Assembly (NCBI RefSeq): GCF_001194135.2 | Contig: NC_068981.1 | Location: 136,918,728-136,950,995, forward strand | Length of the DNA: 32,268 nucleotides | DNA from: Octopus bimaculoides | Lineage: Eukaryota | Direction of reading: 5' to 3' | Shown here: piece by piece, positions 31,121 through 32,268 of the stretch | Position numbering within the stretch: position 1 is the first letter of the stretch | How the letters are laid out: each line of letters starts with the position of its first letter | The notes under the pieces: model-generated | Database searches by the model: none | What the model saw: the letters and a program-made list of their open reading frames with translations, nothing else | Told to the model about the DNA's origin: nothing | Position numbers and translations under genes: made by a program

Positions 31121-32140
31121 ATTTACCAATCAGATACAGGGAAATTTGATCAGATACTTTTGCATTTACGATTGTTAACAAACAATTGAAGTTTGATTTA
31201 TCAAAGAAAGTGATAAACGTACTTTTCAAATAATGACGACTACCGGAATTGATACATATGAAAGTCGACAGCTTTTTACCTGTCTCTTGTTTTGTATGAT
31301 ATGCGTCATGTCTTTCAAGTTGGATTAATTGTTTTAACTGATCAGAAAATTCGATGACAACTTGTGAGTGAGAAGTGACAGACCCAGGAAATACTGGAAG
31401 TGAGAACCATTGTTTATTGAAAACGTTAATTGAATTTCAACATTGATGTAAGAACAAAGACAAGAAATAAATTGAAGCGTAAAGAAGACAGAAATATTTT
31501 GAGAAGAAATCAACACAAATGTCAACTGATGTCGGAAATGAAAATAGTTTCAACATGTTAGGAACTTTTAACATGTTTCTTAAGACTAGTTTATGCTAAA
31601 TGCTATAGATTGCTCTTTAGTCGGTATGAAGTATAAATGTTTCATCTGAAAACTGACAATCTATTCGCTTGAGTTATTTTCCCTGACGGGTGGCATCGTA
31701 GTTTATTTATTTGTCTATTTTACTTTTCATATTTCATAACGTTCACGCTAAGCTGGTATAGTGCTGCTTTTTGCTCTGTTATTTTCATTAACAAAGTTGT
31801 TTTCTTGTTGATACATTGGTAGTTGATGTTTCATGTCTGCCTCCTCCAAACATTTCATTATTTTATGCCTTTTTTTCACATGGAGTAAAACAATTATGAG
31901 AATTTGTGACTAAAGGTGTATTTTTAATTCAGTAGCATGTATGTAGAAAAAAAGTACATCGTTTAGAATATGTGATTACTTTTGTTTAAGCAAAGAAGTA
32001 AAAAAAAAAAAAATTACTCTCTTACTCATTTCATTTAGATGTTATTTGCGCTGCACAAGTTTCTTTGGGTCTCGAATTGTATTATATGTAACGAGTTGCT
32101 TCTGTTGGTTGCTAAATTTAGGAATTGCTTTTCTCTCCTG

Positions 32141-32268
32141 TGAAGGCGCGTAACTTAGCGTTTATGCGTTTGGCTCATGATCACAATGTCTAGAGTTCAA
32201 TTCTGAACCGAGTGGTGGATTGTATCCTTGAGCAAGGTGCTTCATTTCACGTTGCTCTAGTTTACTCA
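32141..32268 (+). mobile_element. tRNA-derived SINE running off the window end
   Basis: gaaggcgcgtaacttagcg...gagttcaattc...tatccttgagcaaggtgcttcatttcacgttgctc; same family as 30558. Confidence 0.75.

Noticed and set aside
1-32268. CRISPR arrays or prokaryotic defence systems
   Set aside because: The sequence is eukaryotic. The only spaced repeats (Merlin subterminal motifs, 32-bp minisatellite) lack unique constant-length spacers and no cas genes are present.

Overview
Repeat-dense, AT-rich animal genomic DNA with 7 assembly gaps, almost certainly coleoid cephalopod (Octopus-like). This is inferred from the tRNA-derived SINE families, the extreme microsatellite density and the TTAGGG repeats. 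I recognise no intact host gene, and nearly all supplied ORFs are microsatellite, gap or telomere-repeat artefacts. Supported content: a 5'-truncated RTE-clade LINE, two further LINE 3' fragments, a decayed Tigger/pogo transposase, a hAT-type MITE and many SINEs. Three things stand out. (1) At 23.4-29.7 kb there is a Merlin (IS1595-like) transposon cluster. A 581-bp Merlin-type MITE (GG..CC ends, perfect 8-bp TSD) carries a perfect (CCCTAA)4-(TTAGGG)4 palindrome. Beside it lies a decayed Merlin transposase flanked by long inverted arms, and its right arm runs directly into a ~2.3-kb degenerate TTAGGG array of the same polarity. This suggests a Merlin lineage that carries and seeds interstitial telomeric repeats. 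(2) Minimal type-I hammerhead ribozyme motifs with long stem II and palindromic stem III lie in inverted-repeat structures at 25-1150, a Penelope/retrozyme-like architecture. (3) A head-to-head foldback of two tRNA-like Pol III heads lies at 14.2-14.6 kb. All assignments were made by eye; no database searches or folding calculations were run.
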